From: Eledone cirrhosa
Lineage: Eukaryota
Assembly: GCA_964016885.1 (NCBI GenBank)
Contig: OZ024740.1
Coordinates: forward strand, 296,546,001-296,610,000
Direction of reading: 5' to 3'
DNA length: 64,000 nucleotides
Shown: piece by piece, positions 38,501-52,800 of the stretch
Numbering within the stretch: the first letter of the stretch is position 1
Layout: every line of letters begins with the position of its first letter
Notes under the pieces: model-generated
The model's database searches: none
What the model was told of the DNA's origin: nothing
Seen by the model: only the letters and a program-made list of their open reading frames with translations
Position numbers and translations under genes: made by a program

Positions 38501-41500
38501 ATTTGGGTGTCCCGTTTTTTTTATGGGGGGCGTCCGTTTTTTATTTGGGTACCCGTTTTTTATTTGGGTGCCCCGTTTTTTTATGGGGTCCGTTTTTTAT
38601 GGGGGGTCCGTTTTTTATGTGTGTGCCCCGTTTTTATTTGGGTGCCCCGTTTTTTATAGGGGGTCCGTTTTTTTTGGGGTGTCCCGTTTTTTAATGGGGG
38701 TCCGTTTTTTATTTGGGTGCCCCGTTCTTTATTTGGGTGTCCCGTTTTTTTATTTGGGTGCTCCGTTTTTTTATGGGGGCGTCCTTTTTTTATTTGGGTA
38801 CCCGTTTTCTATTTGGGTGCCCCGTTTTTTTATGGGGGTCCGTTTTTTATGGGGGGTCCGTTTTTTATTTGTGTGCCCCGTTCTTTTATAGGGTCCGTAT
38901 TACATTTGGGTGCCCCGTTTTTCTATTTGGGTGTCCCGTTTTTTATGAGGGGTCCGTTTTTTATTTGGGTGCCCCTTTTTTGTTTGGGTGCCCAGTTTTT
39001 ATAGGGGGGTCCGTTTTTTTGTGGGTGCCCCGTTTTTTATTTGGGTGCCCCGATTTTTCTGGCGGTCCGTTTTTTATGGGGGTCCGTTTTTTATTTGGGT
39101 GCCCCGTTTTTTTATGGGGCACCGTTTTTTATTTGGGTGCCCCTTTTTTATTTGGGTGCCCCGTTTCTTTATAGGGGGGTCCGTTTTATTTGGGGTGCCC
39201 CGTTTTTTTTATGGGGGTCCGTTTTTTATTTGGGTGCCCCGTTTTATATTTGGGTACCCGTTTTTTTATTTGGGTGCCCCGTTTTTTTATGGGGGTCCGT
39301 TTTTTATGGGGGGTCCGTTTTTTATTTCGGTGCCCCGTTTTTTATGGGGTCCGTATTACATTTGGGTGCCCCGTTTTTTTATGGGGGGTTTCATTTTCTA
39401 TTTGGGTGTCCCGTTTTTTTATGGGCGGGGTCCGTTTTTTATTTTGGTGCCCCGTTTTTTTTATGGGGGCGGGTCCGTTTTTATTTGGGTGACCCGTTTT
39501 TTTATGGGGCTCCGTTTTTTATTTGGGTGCCCCTTTTTTATTTGGGTGGCCCGTTTTTTTATAGGGGGTCCGTTTTTTATTTGGGTGTCCCGTTTTTTTA
39601 TGGTGGATCCTTTTTTTATTCGGGTTCCCCGATTTTTATGGGGGTGTCATTTTTTTACTTGGGTGCCCCGTTTTTATGGGGGGCCGTCTTTTCTTTGGGT
39701 GCCCCGTTTTTTATTTGAGTGCCCTGTTTTTTATCTGGGTGCCCCGTTTTTTTATTTGGGTGTCCCGTTTTTTTATGGGGGGTCCGTTTTTTATTTGGGT
39801 GCCCCGTTTTTTTATGGGGGTCCGTTTTTTATTTGGGTGCCCAGTTCTTTATTTGGGTGCCCCGTTTTTTTATGGGGGTCCATTTTTTTATGGGGGTTCC
39901 GTTTTTTATTTGTGTGCCCCATTTTTTTATGGGTGTCCGTATTTCATTTGGGTGCCCCGTTTTTTATTTGGGTGCCCCCTTTCTTTATGGGTGCCCCGTT
40001 TTTTATGGGGGTCCGTTTTTTATTTGGGTGCCCCGTTTTTTATTTGGGTGCCCCGTTTTTTTATTTGGGTGTCCCGTTTCTTTATGGGGGGTCCGTTTTT
40101 TATTTGGGTGCCCCGTTCTTTATTTGGGTGCCCCGTTTTTTTATGGGTGGTTTCATTTTTTATTTGGGTGCCCCGTTTTTTATTTGGGTGCCCCGTTTTT
40201 TTATTTGGGTGTCCCGTTTCTTTATGGGGGGTCCGTTTTTTATTTGGGTGCCCCGTTTCTTTATGGGGGGTCCGTTTTTTATTTGGGTGCCCCGTTTTTT
40301 TACCGGTAGGTCCGTTTTTTATTTGGGTGTCCCGTTCTTTATGGGGGGTCCGTTTTTTATTTGGGTGCCCCGTTTCTTTATGGGGGGTCCGTTTTTCATT
40401 TGGGTGCCCCGTTTTTTATTTGGGTGTCCCGTTTTTTCAGGGGGGTCCGTTTTTCATTTGGGTGCACCGTTTTTTTAAGGGAAGGTCCGTTTTTTATTTG
40501 GGTGCCCCGTTTTTTCTATGGGTGTCTCCGTTTTTTATTTGGGTGCCCCATTTTTTATTTGGGTGTCCCGTCTTTTTATGGGCGGGGTCCGTTTTTTATT
40601 TGGGTGCCCCGTTTTTTTATGGGGGGCTGCGTTTTTTATTCGGGTGACCCGTTTTTTTATGGGGCTCCGTTTTTTATTTGGGTGCCCCGTTCTTTATTTG
40701 GGTGTCCCGTTTTTTATTTGGGTGTCCCGTTTTTTTTATGGGGGGCGTCCGTTCTTTATTTGGGTACCCGTTTTTTATTTGGGTGCCCCGTTTTTTATGG
40801 GGTCCGTTTTTTATGGGGGATCCGTTTTTTATGTGTGTGCCCCGTTTTTTTATGGGGGGCCGTATTTCATTTGGGTGCCCCGTTTTTTATCTGGGTGCCC
40901 CGTTTTTTATTTGGGTGCCCCATTTTTTTATAGGGGGTCCGTTTTTTTTTGGGTGCCCCGTTTTTTTATGGGGGTCCGTTTTTTATTTGGGTGCCCCGTT
41001 CTTTATTTGGGTGTCCCGTTTTTTAATTTGGGTGCTCGGTTTTTTTATGGGGGCGTCCGTTTTTTATTTGGGTACCCGTTTTTTATTTGGGTGCCCCGTT
41101 TTTTTATGGGGGTCCGTTTTTTATGGGGGGTCCGTTTTTTATTTGTGTGCCCCGTTTTTTTATGGGGTCCGTATTACATTTGGGTGCCCCGTTTTTTTAT
41201 TTGGGTGTCCCGTTTTTTATGGGGGGTCCGTTTTTTATTTGGGTGCCCCTTTTTTGTTTGGGTGCCCCGTTTTTTTATAGGGGGGGTCCGTTTTTTTGTG
41301 GGTGCCCCGTTTTTTATTTGGGTGCCCCGATTTTTATTTGGGTGTCTCGTTTTTTTATGGGGGGTCCGTTTTTTATTTGGGTGCCCCGTTTTTTTATGGG
41401 GCACCGTTTTTTATTTGGGTGCCCCTTTTTTATTTGGGTGCCCCGTTTCTTTATAGGGGGGTCCGTTTTATTTGGGGTGCCCCGTTTTTTTTATGGGGGT

Positions 41501-41590
41501 CCGTTTTTTATTTGGGTGCCCCGTTTTTTATTTGGGTGCCCCGTTTTTTATTTGGGTGTCTCGTTTTTTTATGGGGGTCCGTTTTTTATT
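29520..41590 (+). repeat. Higher-order tandem duplication, about 6.0-6.1 kb x 2, in satellite B
   Basis: Matching ORFs 30046/36041 and 31195/37190 (offset 5995), 33603/39676 and 34288/40361 (offset 6073). Shared rare variants TAGTGAACCC and GGTGAAACCGC. Confidence 0.88.
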
Positions 41591-43489
41591 TGGGTACCCG
41601 TTTTTTTATTTGGGTGCCCCGTTTTTTTATGGGGGTCCGTTTTTTATGGGGGGTCCGTTTTTTATTTCGGTGCCCCGTTTTTTATGGGGTCCGTATTACA
41701 TTTGGGTGCCCCGTTTTTTTATGGGGGGTTTCATTTTCTATTTGGGTGTCCCGTTTTTTTATGGGCGGGGTCCGTTTTTTATTTTGGTGCCCCGTTTTTT
41801 TTATGGGGGCGGGTCCGTTTTTATTTGGGTGACCCGTTTTTTTATGGGGCTCCGTTTTTTATTTGGGTGCCCCTTTTTTATTTGGGTGGCCCGTTTTTTT
41901 ATAGGGGGTCCGTTTTTTATTTGGGTGCCCCGTTTTTTTATGGTGGATCCTTTTTTTATTCGGGTTCCCCGATTTTTATGGGGGTGTCATTTTTTTACTT
42001 GGGTGCCCCGTTTTTATGGGGGGCCGTCTTTTCTTTGGGTGCCCCGTTTTTTATTTGAGTGCCCTGTTTTTTATCTGGGTGCCCCGTTTTTTTATTTGGG
42101 TGTCCCGTTTTTTTATGGGGGGTCCGTTTTTTATTTGGGTGCCCCTTTTTTATTTGGGTGCCCCGTTTCTTTATGGGGGGTCCGTTTTTTATTTGGGTGC
42201 CCCGTTTTTTTATGGGGGTCCGTTTTTTATTTGGGTGCCCAGTTCTTTATTTGGGTGCCCCGTTTTTTTATGGGGGTCCATTTTTTTATGGGGGTTCCGT
42301 TTTTTATTTGTGTGCCCCATTTTTTTATGGGTGTCCGTATTTCATTTGGGTGCCCCGTTTTTTATTTGGGTGCCCCCTTTCTTTATGGGTGCCCCGTTTT
42401 TTATGGGGGTCCGTTTCTTATTTGGGTGCCCCGTTCTTTATTTGGGTGCCCCGTTTTTTATTTGGGTGCCCCGTTTTTTTATTTGGGTGTCCCGTTTCTT
42501 TATGGGGGGTCCGTTTTTTATTTGGGTGCCCCGTTCTTTATTTGGGTGCCCCGTTTTTTTATGGGTGGTTTCATTTTTTATTTGGGTGCCCCGTTTTTTA
42601 TGGGGTCCGTTTTTTATGGGGGATCCGTTTTTTATGTGTGTGCCCCGTTTTTTTATGGGGGGCCGTATTTCATTTGGGTGCCCCGTTTTTTATCTGGGTG
42701 CCCCGTTTTTTATTTGGGTGCCCCATTTTTTTATAGGGGGTCCGTTTTTTTTTGGGTGCCCCGTTTTTTTATGGGGGTCCGTTTTTTATTTGGGTGCCCC
42801 GTTCTTTATTTGGGTGTCCCGTTTTTTAATTTGGGTGCTCGGTTTTTTGATGGGGGCGTCCGTTTTTTATTTGGGTACCCGTTTTTTATTTGGGTGCCCC
42901 GTTTTTTTATAGGGGGGGTCCGTTTTTTTGTGGGTGCCCCGTTTTTTATTTGGGTGCCCCGATTTTTCTGGGGGTCCGTTTTTTCTGGGGGTCCGTTTTT
43001 TATTTGGGTGCCCCGTTTTTTAATGGGGCTCCGTTTTTTATTTGGGTCCCCCTTTTTTATTTGGGTGCCCCGTTTCTTTATAGGGGGTCCGTTTTTTATT
43101 TGGGTCCCCCTTTTTTATTTGGGTGCCCCGTTTCTTTATAGGGGGGTCCGTTTTTTATTTGGGTGCCCCGTTCTTTATTTGGGTGCCCCGTTTTTTTATT
43201 TGGGTGTCCCGTTTTCTATGGGGGGTCCGTTTTTTATTTGGGTACCCGTTTTTTATTTGGGTGCCCCGTTTTTTTATGGGGGTCCGTTTTTTATGGGGGG
43301 TCCGTTTTTTATTTGTGTGCCCCGTTTTTTTATGGGGTCCGTATTACATTTGGGTGCCCCGTTTTTTATTTGGCTGCCCCGTTTTTTTATGGGGGGTTTC
43401 ATTTTTTATTTGGGTGTCCCGTTTTTTTATGGGCGGGGTCCGTTTTTTATTTGGGTGCCCCGTTTTTTTTATGGGGGGGGGTCCGTTTT

Positions 43490-46400
43490 TTATTTGGGTG
43501 ACCCGTTTTTTTATGGGGCTCCGTTTTTTATTTGGGTGCCCCTTTTTTATTTGGGTGGCCCGTTTTTTTATAGGGGGTCCGTTTTTTATTTGGGTGCCCC
43601 GTTTTTTTATGGGGGTCCATTTTTTATTTGGGTGCCCCGTTTTTATGGGGAGCCGTCTTTTCTTTGGGTGCCCCGTTTTTTATTTGAGTGCCCTGTTTTT
43701 TATCTTGGTGCCCCGTTTTTTTATTTGGGTGTCCCGTTTTTTATGGGGGGTCCGTTTTTTATTTGGGTGTCCCTTTTTTATTTGGGTGCCCCGTTTCTTT
43801 ATGGGGGGTCCGTTTTTTATTTGGGTGCCCCGTTTTTTTATGGGGGTCCGTTTTTTATTTGGATGCCCAGTTCTTTATTTGGGTGCCCCGTTTTTTATGG
43901 GGGGTTTCATTTTTTATTTGGGTGCCCCGTTTTTTATTTGGGTGCCCCGTTTTTTTATTTGGGTGCCCCGTTTCTTTATTTGGGTGTCCCGTTTTTTTAT
44001 GGGGGGTCCGTTTTTTATTTGGTTGCCCCTTTTTTATTTGGGTGCCCCGTTTTTTTATAGGGTGTCCGTTTTTTATTTGGGTGCCCCGTTCTTTTATGGG
44101 GGGCGTCCGTTTTTATTAGTGAACCCGTTTTTTATTTGGGTGACCCGTTTTTTTATGGGGGTCCATTTTTTTATGGTGGGTACGTTTTTTATTTGTGTGC
44201 CCCATTTTTTTATGGGTGTCCGTATTTCATTCGGGTGCCCCGTTTTTTATTTGGGTGCCCCGTTTTTTTATGGGTGGTTTCATTTTTTATTTGGGTGCCC
44301 CGTTTTTTATTTGGGTGCCGCGTTTTTTTATTTGGGTGTCCCGTTTCTTTATGGGGGGTCCGTTTTTTATTTGGGTGCCCCGTTTCTTTATGGGGGGTCC
44401 GTTTTTTATTTGGGTGCCCCGTTTTTTTACGGGGAGGCCCGTTTTTTATTTGGGTGTCCCGTTTTTTTATGGGGGGTCCGTTTTTCATTTGGGTGTCCCG
44501 TTCTTTATTTGGGTGTCCCGTTTTTTTTAGGGGGGTCCGTTTTTTATTTGGGTGCACCGTTTTTTTAAGGGAAGGTCCGTTTTTTATTCGGGTGACCCAT
44601 TTTTTTATAGGGCTCCGTTTTTTATTTGGGTGCCCCTTTTTTATTTGGGTGCCCCGTTTTTTTATAGGGTGTCCGTTTTTTATTTGGGTGCCCCGTTCTT
44701 TTATGGGGGGCGTCCGTTTTTATTAGTGAACCCGTTTTTTATTTGGGTGACCCGTTTTTTTATGGGGGTCCATTTTTTTATGGTGGGTACGTTTTTTATT
44801 TGTGTGCCCCATTTTTTTATGGGTGTCCGTATTTCATTCGGGTGCCCCGTTTTTTATTTGGGTGCCCCGTTTTTTTATGGGTGGTTTCATTTTTTATTTG
44901 GGTGCCCCGTTTTTTATTTGGGTGCCGCGTTTTTTTATTTGGGTGTCCCGTTTCTTTATGGGGGGTCCGTTTTTTATTTGGGTGCCCCGTTTCTTTATGG
45001 GGGGTCCGTTTTTTATTTGGGTGCCCCGTTTTTTTACGGGGAGGCCCGTTTTTTATTTGGGTGTCCCGTTTTTTTATGGGGGGTCCGTTTTTCATTTGGG
45101 TGTCCCGTTCTTTATTTGGGTGTCCCGTTTTTTTTTAGGGGGGTCCGTTTTTTATTTGGGTGCACCGTTTTTTTAAGGGAAGGTCCGTTTTTTATTCGGG
45201 TGACCCATTTTTTTATAGGGCTCCGTTTTTTATTTGGGTGCCCCTTTTTTATTTGGGTGCCCCGTTTTTTAATACGGGGTCCGTTTTTTATTTGGGTGCC
45301 CCGTTTTTTATGGGGGTCCGTTTTTTATCTGGGTGCCCCGTTTTTTTTTGGGGTGTCCCGTTTTTTTTATGGGGTCCGTTTTTTATTTGGGTGCCCCGTT
45401 TCTTTATGGGGGTCCGTTTTTCATTTGGATGCCCCGTTTTTTATTTGGGTGCCCCGTTTTTTTATGGTGGATCCTTTTTTTATTTGGGTGCCCCGATATT
45501 TATGGGGGTGTCATTTTTTTATTTGGGTGCCCCGTTTTTTATGGGGTGGCCGTCTTTTATTTGGGTGCCCCGTTTTTTATTTGAGTGCCCTGTTTTTTAT
45601 CTGGGTGCCCCGTTTTTTTATTTGGGTGTCCCGTTTTTTTATGGGGTTCCGTTTTTTATTTGGGTGCCCCTTTTTTATTTGGGTGCTCCGTTTCTTTATG
45701 GGGGGTCCGTTTTATATTTGGGTGCCCCGTTTTTTTATGGGTGTCCGTTTTGTATTTGGGTGCCCAGTTCTTTATTTGGGTGCCCCGTTTTTTATGGGGG
45801 GGTTTCATTTTTTATTTGGGTGACCCGTTTTTTTATGGGGGTCAATTTTTTTATGGGGGGTCCGTTTTTTATTTGTGTGCCCCATTTTTTATGGGGGTCC
45901 GTATTTCATTTGGGTGCCCCGTATCTTATTTGGGTGCCCAGTTTCTTTATGGGGGGTCCGTTTTTATTTGGGTGCCCCGTTTTTTTATTTGGGTGTCCCG
46001 TTTCTTTATGGGGGGTCTGTTTTTTATGTGGGTGCCCCCGTTTCTTTATGGGGGGTCCGTTTTTTTATTTGGGTGCCCCGTTCTTTTACGGGGAGGTCCG
46101 TTTTTTATTTGGGTGCCCCGTCTGTCTATGGGTGGCTCCGTTTTTTTATTTGGGTGCCCCATTTTTTATTTGGGTGTCCCGTTTTTTTATGGGCGGGGTC
46201 CGTTTTTTATTTGGGTGCCCCGTTTTTTATGGGGGGGTCCGTTTTTTATTTGGGTGCCCCGTTTTTTTATGGGGCTCCGTTTTTTATTTGGGTGTCCCTT
46301 TTTTAATTGGGTGCCCCGTTTTTTTATAGGGGGGTCCGTTTTTTATTTGGGTGCCCCGTTTCTTTATGGGGGTCCGTTTTTTATTTGGGTGTCCCGTTTT

Positions 46401-49400
46401 TTTACGGGGAGGCCCGTTTTTTATTTGGGTGCCCCGTCTGTCTATGGGTGGATCCGTTTTTTTATGGGCGGGGTCCGTTTTTATTTGGGTGCCCCGTTTT
46501 TTTACGGGGGGTCCGTTTTTTATTTGGGTGCCCCGTTTTTTTATGGGGCTCCGTCTTTTATTTGGGTGCCCCTTTTTTATTTGGGTGCCCCGTTTTTTTA
46601 TAGGGGGGGTCCGTTTTTTATTTTGGTGCCCCGTTTTTTATGGGGGGCGTCCGTTTTTTATTTGGGTACCCCGTTTTTTATTTGGGTGACCCGTTTTTTT
46701 ATGGGGCTCCGTTTTTTATTTGGGTGCCCCTTTTTTATTTGGGTGGCCCGTTTTTTTATAGGGGGTCCGTTTTTTATTTGGGTGCCCCGTTTTTTTATGG
46801 GGGTCCATTTTTTATTTGGGTGCCCCGTTTTTATGGGGAGCCGTCTTTTCTTTGGGTGCCCCGTTTTTTATTTGAGTGCCCTGTTTTTTATCTTGGTGCC
46901 CCGTTTTTTTATTTGGGTGTCCCGTTTTTTATGGGGGGTCCGTTTTTTATTTGGGTGTCCCTTTTTTATTTGGGTGCCCCGTTTCTTTATGGGGGGTCCG
47001 TTTTTTATTTGGGTGCCCCGTTTTTTTATGGGGGTCCGTTTTTTATTTGGATGCCCAGTTCTTTATTTGGGTGCCCCGTTTTTTATGGGGGGTTTCATTT
47101 TTTATTTGGGTGCCCCGTTTTTTATTTGGGTGCCCCGTTTTTTTATTTGGGTGCCCCGTTTCTTTATTTGGGTGTCCCGTTTTTTTATGGGGGGTCCGTT
47201 TTTTATTTGGTTGCCCCTTTTTTATTTGGGTGCCCCGTTTTTTTATAGGGTGTCCGTTTTTTATTTGGGTGCCCCGTTCTTTTATGGGGGGCGTCCGTTT
47301 TTATTAGTGAACCCGTTTTTTATTTGGGTGACCCGTTTTTTTATGGGGGTCCATTTTTTTATGGTGGGTACGTTTTTTATTTGTGTGCCCCATTTTTTTA
47401 TGGGTGTCCGTATTTCATTCGGGTGCCCCGTTTTTTATTTGGGTGCCCCGTTTTTTTATGGGTGGTTTCATTTTTTATTTGGGTGCCCCGTTTTTTATTT
47501 GGGTGCCGCGTTTTTTTATTTGGGTGTCCCGTTTCTTTATGGGGGGTCCGTTTTTTATTTGGGTGCCCCGTTTCTTTATGGGGGGTCCGTTTTTTATTTG
47601 GGTGCCCCGTTTTTTTACGGGGAGGCCCGTTTTTTATTTGGGTGTCCCGTTTTTTTATGGGGGGTCCGTTTTTCATTTGGGTGTCCCGTTCTTTATTTGG
47701 GTGTCCCGTTTTTTTTAGGGGGGTCCGTTTTTTATTTGGGTGCACCGTTTTTTTAAGGGAAGGTCCGTTTTTTATTCGGGTGACCCATTTTTTTATAGGG
47801 CTCCGTTTTTTATTTGGGTGCCCCTTTTTTATTTGGGTGCCCCGTTTTTTTATAGGGTGTCCGTTTTTTATTTGGGTGCCCCGTTCTTTTATGGGGGGCG
47901 TCCGTTTTTATTAGTGAACCCGTTTTTTATTTGGGTGACCCGTTTTTTTATGGGGGTCCATTTTTTTATGGTGGGTACGTTTTTTATTTGTGTGCCCCAT
48001 TTTTTTATGGGTGTCCGTATTTCATTCGGGTGCCCCGTTTTTTATTTGGGTGCCCCGTTTTTTTATGGGTGGTTTCATTTTTTATTTGGGTGCCCCGTTT
48101 TTTATTTGGGTGCCGCGTTTTTTTATTTGGGTGTCCCGTTTCTTTATGGGGGGTCCGTTTTTTATTTGGGTGCCCCGTTTCTTTATGGGGGGTCCGTTTT
48201 TTATTTGGGTGCCCCGTTTTTTTACGGGGAGGCCCGTTTTTTATTTGGGTGTCCCGTTTTTTTATGGGGGGTCCGTTTTTCATTTGGGTGTCCCGTTCTT
48301 TATTTGGGTGTCCCGTTTTTTTTAGGGGGGTCCGTTTTTTATTTGGGTGCACCGTTTTTTTAAGGGAAGGTCCGTTTTTTATTCGGGTGACCCATTTTTT
48401 TATAGGGCTCCGTTTTTTATTTGGGTGCCCCTTTTTTATTTGGGTGCCCCGTTTTTTAATACGGGGTCCGTTTTTTATTTGGGTGCCCCGTTTTTTATGG
48501 GGGTCCGTTTTTTATCTGGGTGCCCCGTTTTTTTTTGGGGTGTCCCGTTTTTTTTATGGGGTCCGTTTTTTATTTGGGTGCCCCGTTTCTTTATGGGGGT
48601 CCGTTTTTCATTTGGATGCCCCGTTTTTTATTTGGGTGCCCCGTTTTTTTATGGTGGATCCTTTTTTTATTTGGGTGCCCCGATATTTATGGGGGTGTCA
48701 TTTTTTTATTTGGGTGCCCCGTTTTTTATGGGGTGGCCGTCTTTTATTTGGGTGCCCCGTTTTTTATTTGAGTGCCCTGTTTTTTATCTGGGTGCCCCGT
48801 TTTTTTATTTGGGTGTCCCGTTTTTTTATGGGGTTCCGTTTTTTATTTGGGTGCCCCTTTTTTATTTGGGTGCTCCGTTTCTTTATGGGGGGTCCGTTTT
48901 ATATTTGGGTGCCCCGTTTTTTTATGGGTGTCCGTTTTGTATTTGGGTGCCCAGTTCTTTATTTGGGTGCCCCGTTTTTTATGGGGGGGTTTCATTTTTT
49001 ATTTGGGTGACCCGTTTTTTTATGGGGGTCAATTTTTTTATGGGGGGTCCGTTTTTTATTTGTGTGCCCCATTTTTTATGGGGGTCCGTATTTCATTTGG
49101 GTGCCCCGTATCTTATTTGGGTGCCCAGTTTCTTTATGGGGGGTCCGTTTTTATTTGGGTGCCCCGTTTTTTTATTTGGGTGTCCCGTTTCTTTATGGGG
49201 GGTCTGTTTTTTATGTGGGTGCCCCCGTTTCTTTATGGGGGGTCCGTTTTTTTATTTGGGTGCCCCGTTCTTTTACGGGGAGGTCCGTTTTTTATTTGGG
49301 TGCCCCGTCTGTCTATGGGTGGCTCCGTTTTTTTATTTGGGTGCCCCATTTTTTATTTGGGTGTCCCGTTTTTTTATGGGCGGGGTCCGTTTTTTATTTG

Positions 49401-49860
49401 GGTGCCCCGTTTTTTATGGGGGGGTCCGTTTTTTATTTGGGTGCCCCGTTTTTTTATGGGGCTCCGTTTTTTATTTGGGTGTCCCTTTTTTAATTGGGTG
49501 CCCCGTTTTTTTATAGGGGGGTCCGTTTTTTATTTGGGTGCCCCGTTTCTTTATGGGGGTCCGTTTTTTATTTGGGTGTCCCGTTTTTTTACGGGGAGGC
49601 CCGTTTTTTATTTGGGTGCCCCGTCTGTCTATGGGTGGATCCGTTTTTTTATGGGCGGGGTCCGTTTTTATTTGGGTGCCCCGTTTTTTTACGGGGGGTC
49701 CGTTTTTTATTTGGGTGCCCCGTTTTTTTATGGGGCTCCGTCTTTTATTTGGGTGCCCCTTTTTTATTTGGGTGCCCCGTTTTTTTATAGGGGGGGTCCG
49801 TTTTTTATTTTGGTGCCCCGTTTTTTATGGGGGGCGTCCGTTTTTTATTTGGGTACCCCG
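43490..49860 (+). repeat. Higher-order tandem duplication, 2 x ~3188 bp, each copy containing a nested 2 x 607-bp duplication
   Basis: ORFs 43688/46876 and 44136/47324 (offset 3188), 45160/48347 and 46307/49494 (offset 3187), 44136/44743 and 47324/47931 (offset 607). Confidence 0.92.
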
Positions 49861-52800
49861 TTCTTTATTTGGGTGCTCCGTTTTTTTATGGGGTCCGTTT
49901 TTTGATGGGGGTCCTTTTTTATTTGTGTGCCCCGTTTTTTTATGGGGGTCTGTATTTCATTTGGGTGCCCCGTTTTTTTATTTGGGTGCCCCGTTTCTTT
50001 ATGAGGGGGTCCGTTTTTTATTTGGGTGCACCGTTTTTTTATGGGGGTCCGTTTTTTATTTGTGTGCCCCTTTTTTTATTTCGGTGCCCCGTTTTTTATG
50101 GGTGGGTCCGTTTTTTATTTGGGTGCCCCGTTTTTTTATGGTGGATCCTTTTTTTATTTGGGTGCTCCGATTTTTATGGGGGTGTCATTTTTTTATTTGG
50201 GTGCCCCGTTCTTTATGGGGGGGCGTCTTTTATTTGGGTGCCCCGTTTTTTATTTGAGTGCCCTGTTTTTTATCTGTGTGCCCCGATTTTTATTTGGGTG
50301 CCCCGTTTTTTTATAGGGGGTCCGTTTTTTATTTGGGTGCCTCTTTTTTATTTGGGTGCCCCGTTTTTTTATAGTGGGGTCCGTTTTTTATTTGGGTGCC
50401 CCGTTTTTTATGGGGGGGCGTCCGTTTTTTATTTGGGTACCCCGTTTTTTATTTGGGTGCCCCGTTTTTTTATGGGGGTCCGTTTTTCTATGGGGGCTCC
50501 GTTTTTTATTTGTGTGCCCCGTTTTTTTATGGGGGTCCGTATTTAATTTGGGTGCCCCGTTTTTTATTTGGGTGCCCCACTTCTTTATGGGAGGGTCCGT
50601 TTTTTATTTGGGTGCCCCGTTTCTTTATGGGGTCCGTTTTTTATTTGGGTGCCCCGTTCTTAATTTGGGTGCCCCGTTTTTTTATGGGGGGTTTCATTTT
50701 TTATTTGGGTGGCCCGTTTTTTATTTGGGTGCCCCGTTTTTTTATGTGGTCCGTTTTTTATTTGGGTGCCCCGTTTTTTTATGGGGGGTTTCATTTTTTA
50801 TTTGGGTGGCCCGTTTTTTATTTGGGTGCCCAGTTTTTTTATTTGGGTGTCCCGTTTTTTTATGGGGGGTCCGTTTTCTATTTGGGTGCCCCGTTTCTTT
50901 ATGGGGGGTCCGTTTTTTATTTGGGTGCCCCGTTTTTTTACGGGGAGGCCCGTTTTTTATTTGGGTGCCCCGTCATTTATGGGGGGTCCGTTTTTATTTG
51001 GGTGCCCCGTTTTTTATTTGGGTCCCCCGTTCTTTATTTGGGTGCCCCGTTTTTTATTTGGGTGTCCCGTTTTTTTATGGGGGGTCCGTTTTTTATTTGG
51101 GTGCCCCGTTTCTTTATGGGGCGTCCGTTTTTTATTTGGGTGCCCCGTTTTTTTACGGGGAGGTCCGTTTTTTATTTGGGTGCCCCGTTTGTCTATGGGT
51201 GGCTCCGTTTTTTATTTGGGTGCCCCATTTTTTATTTGGGTGTTCCGTTTTTTATGGGCGGGGTCCGTTTTTTATTTGGGTGCCCCGTTTTTTTATGGGG
51301 GGGGTCCGTTTTTTATTTGGGTGCCCCGTTTTTTTATGGGGCTCCGTTTTTTATTTGGGTGCCCCTTTTTTATTTGGGTGACCCGTTTTTTAAAGGGGGG
51401 GTCCGTTTTTTATTTGGGTGCCCCGTTTCTTTATGGGGGTACGTTTTTTATTTGGGTTCCCCGTTTTTTTACGGGGAGGTCCGTTTTTTATTTGGGTGCC
51501 CCGTCTGTCTATGGGTGGCTCCGTTTTTTATTTGGGTGCCCCATTTTTTATTTGGGTGTCCCGTTTCTTTATGGGCGGGGTCCGTTTTTTATTTGGGTCA
51601 CCCGTTTTCTTATGGGGGGGTCCGTTTTTTATTTGGGTGCCCCGTTCTTTATTTGGGTGCTCCGTTTTTTTAAGGGGTCCGTTTTTTGATGGGGGGTCCT
51701 TTTTTATTTGTGTGCCCCGTTTTTTTATGGGGGTCCGTATTTCATTTGGGTGCCCCGTTTTTTATTTGGGTGCCCCGTTTCTTTACGGGGGGGGGGGGTC
51801 CGTTTTTTATTTGGGTGCTACGTTTTTTTATGGGGCTCCGTTTTTAATTTGGGTGCCCCTTTTTTATTTGGGTGCCCCGTTTTTTTATAGGGGGGTCCGT
51901 TTTTTATTTTGGTGCCCCGTTTTTTATGGGGGGCGTCCGTTTTTTATTTGGGTACCCCGTTCTTTATTTGGGTGTCCCGTTTTTTTATGGGGTCCGTTTT
52001 TTTATGGGGGGTCCTTTTTTATTTGTGTGCCCCGTTTTTTTATGGGGGATCCGTTTTTTATTTGGGTGCCCCGTTTTTTGTTTGGGTGCTCCGTTTGTTT
52101 ATGGGGGGGGGTCCGTTTTTTATTTAGGTGCACCGCTTTTTTATGGGGCTCCGTTGTTTATTTGGGTGCCCCTTTTTTATTTGGGTGCCCCGTTTTTTTA
52201 TAGGGAGGTCCGTTTTTTATTTTGGTGCCCCGTTTTTTATGCGGGGCGTCCGTTCTTTATTTGGGTGCCCCGTTTTTTTATGGGGTCCGTTTTTTTATGG
52301 GGGTCCGTTTTTTATGGGGGGTCCGTTTTTTATTTCGGTACCCCGTTCTTTATTTGTGTGCCCCGTTATTTTATGGGGTCCGTATTTCATTTGGGTGCCC
52401 CGTTTCTTTATGGGGGGTCCGTTTTTATTTGGGTGCCCCGTTTTTTTTATGGGGCTCCGTTTTTTATTTGGGTGCCCCGTTCTTTATTTGGGTGCCCCGT
52501 TTTTTTATGGGGTGTTTCATTTTTTATTTGTATGCCCCGTTTTTTTATGGGGGTTCGTTTTTTATTTGTGTGCCCCATTTTTTATGGGGGTCCGTATTTC
52601 ATTTGGATGCCCCGTATCTTATTTGGGTGCCCAGTTTCTTTATGGGGGGTCCGTTTTTATTTGGGTGCCCCGTTCTTTTATTTGGGTGTCCCGTTTCTTT
52701 ATGGGGGGTCTGTTTTTTATGTGGGTGTTCCGTTTTTTTATGGGGCTCCGTTTTTTATTTGGGTGTCCCTTTTTTAATTGGGTGCCCCGTTTTTTTATAG

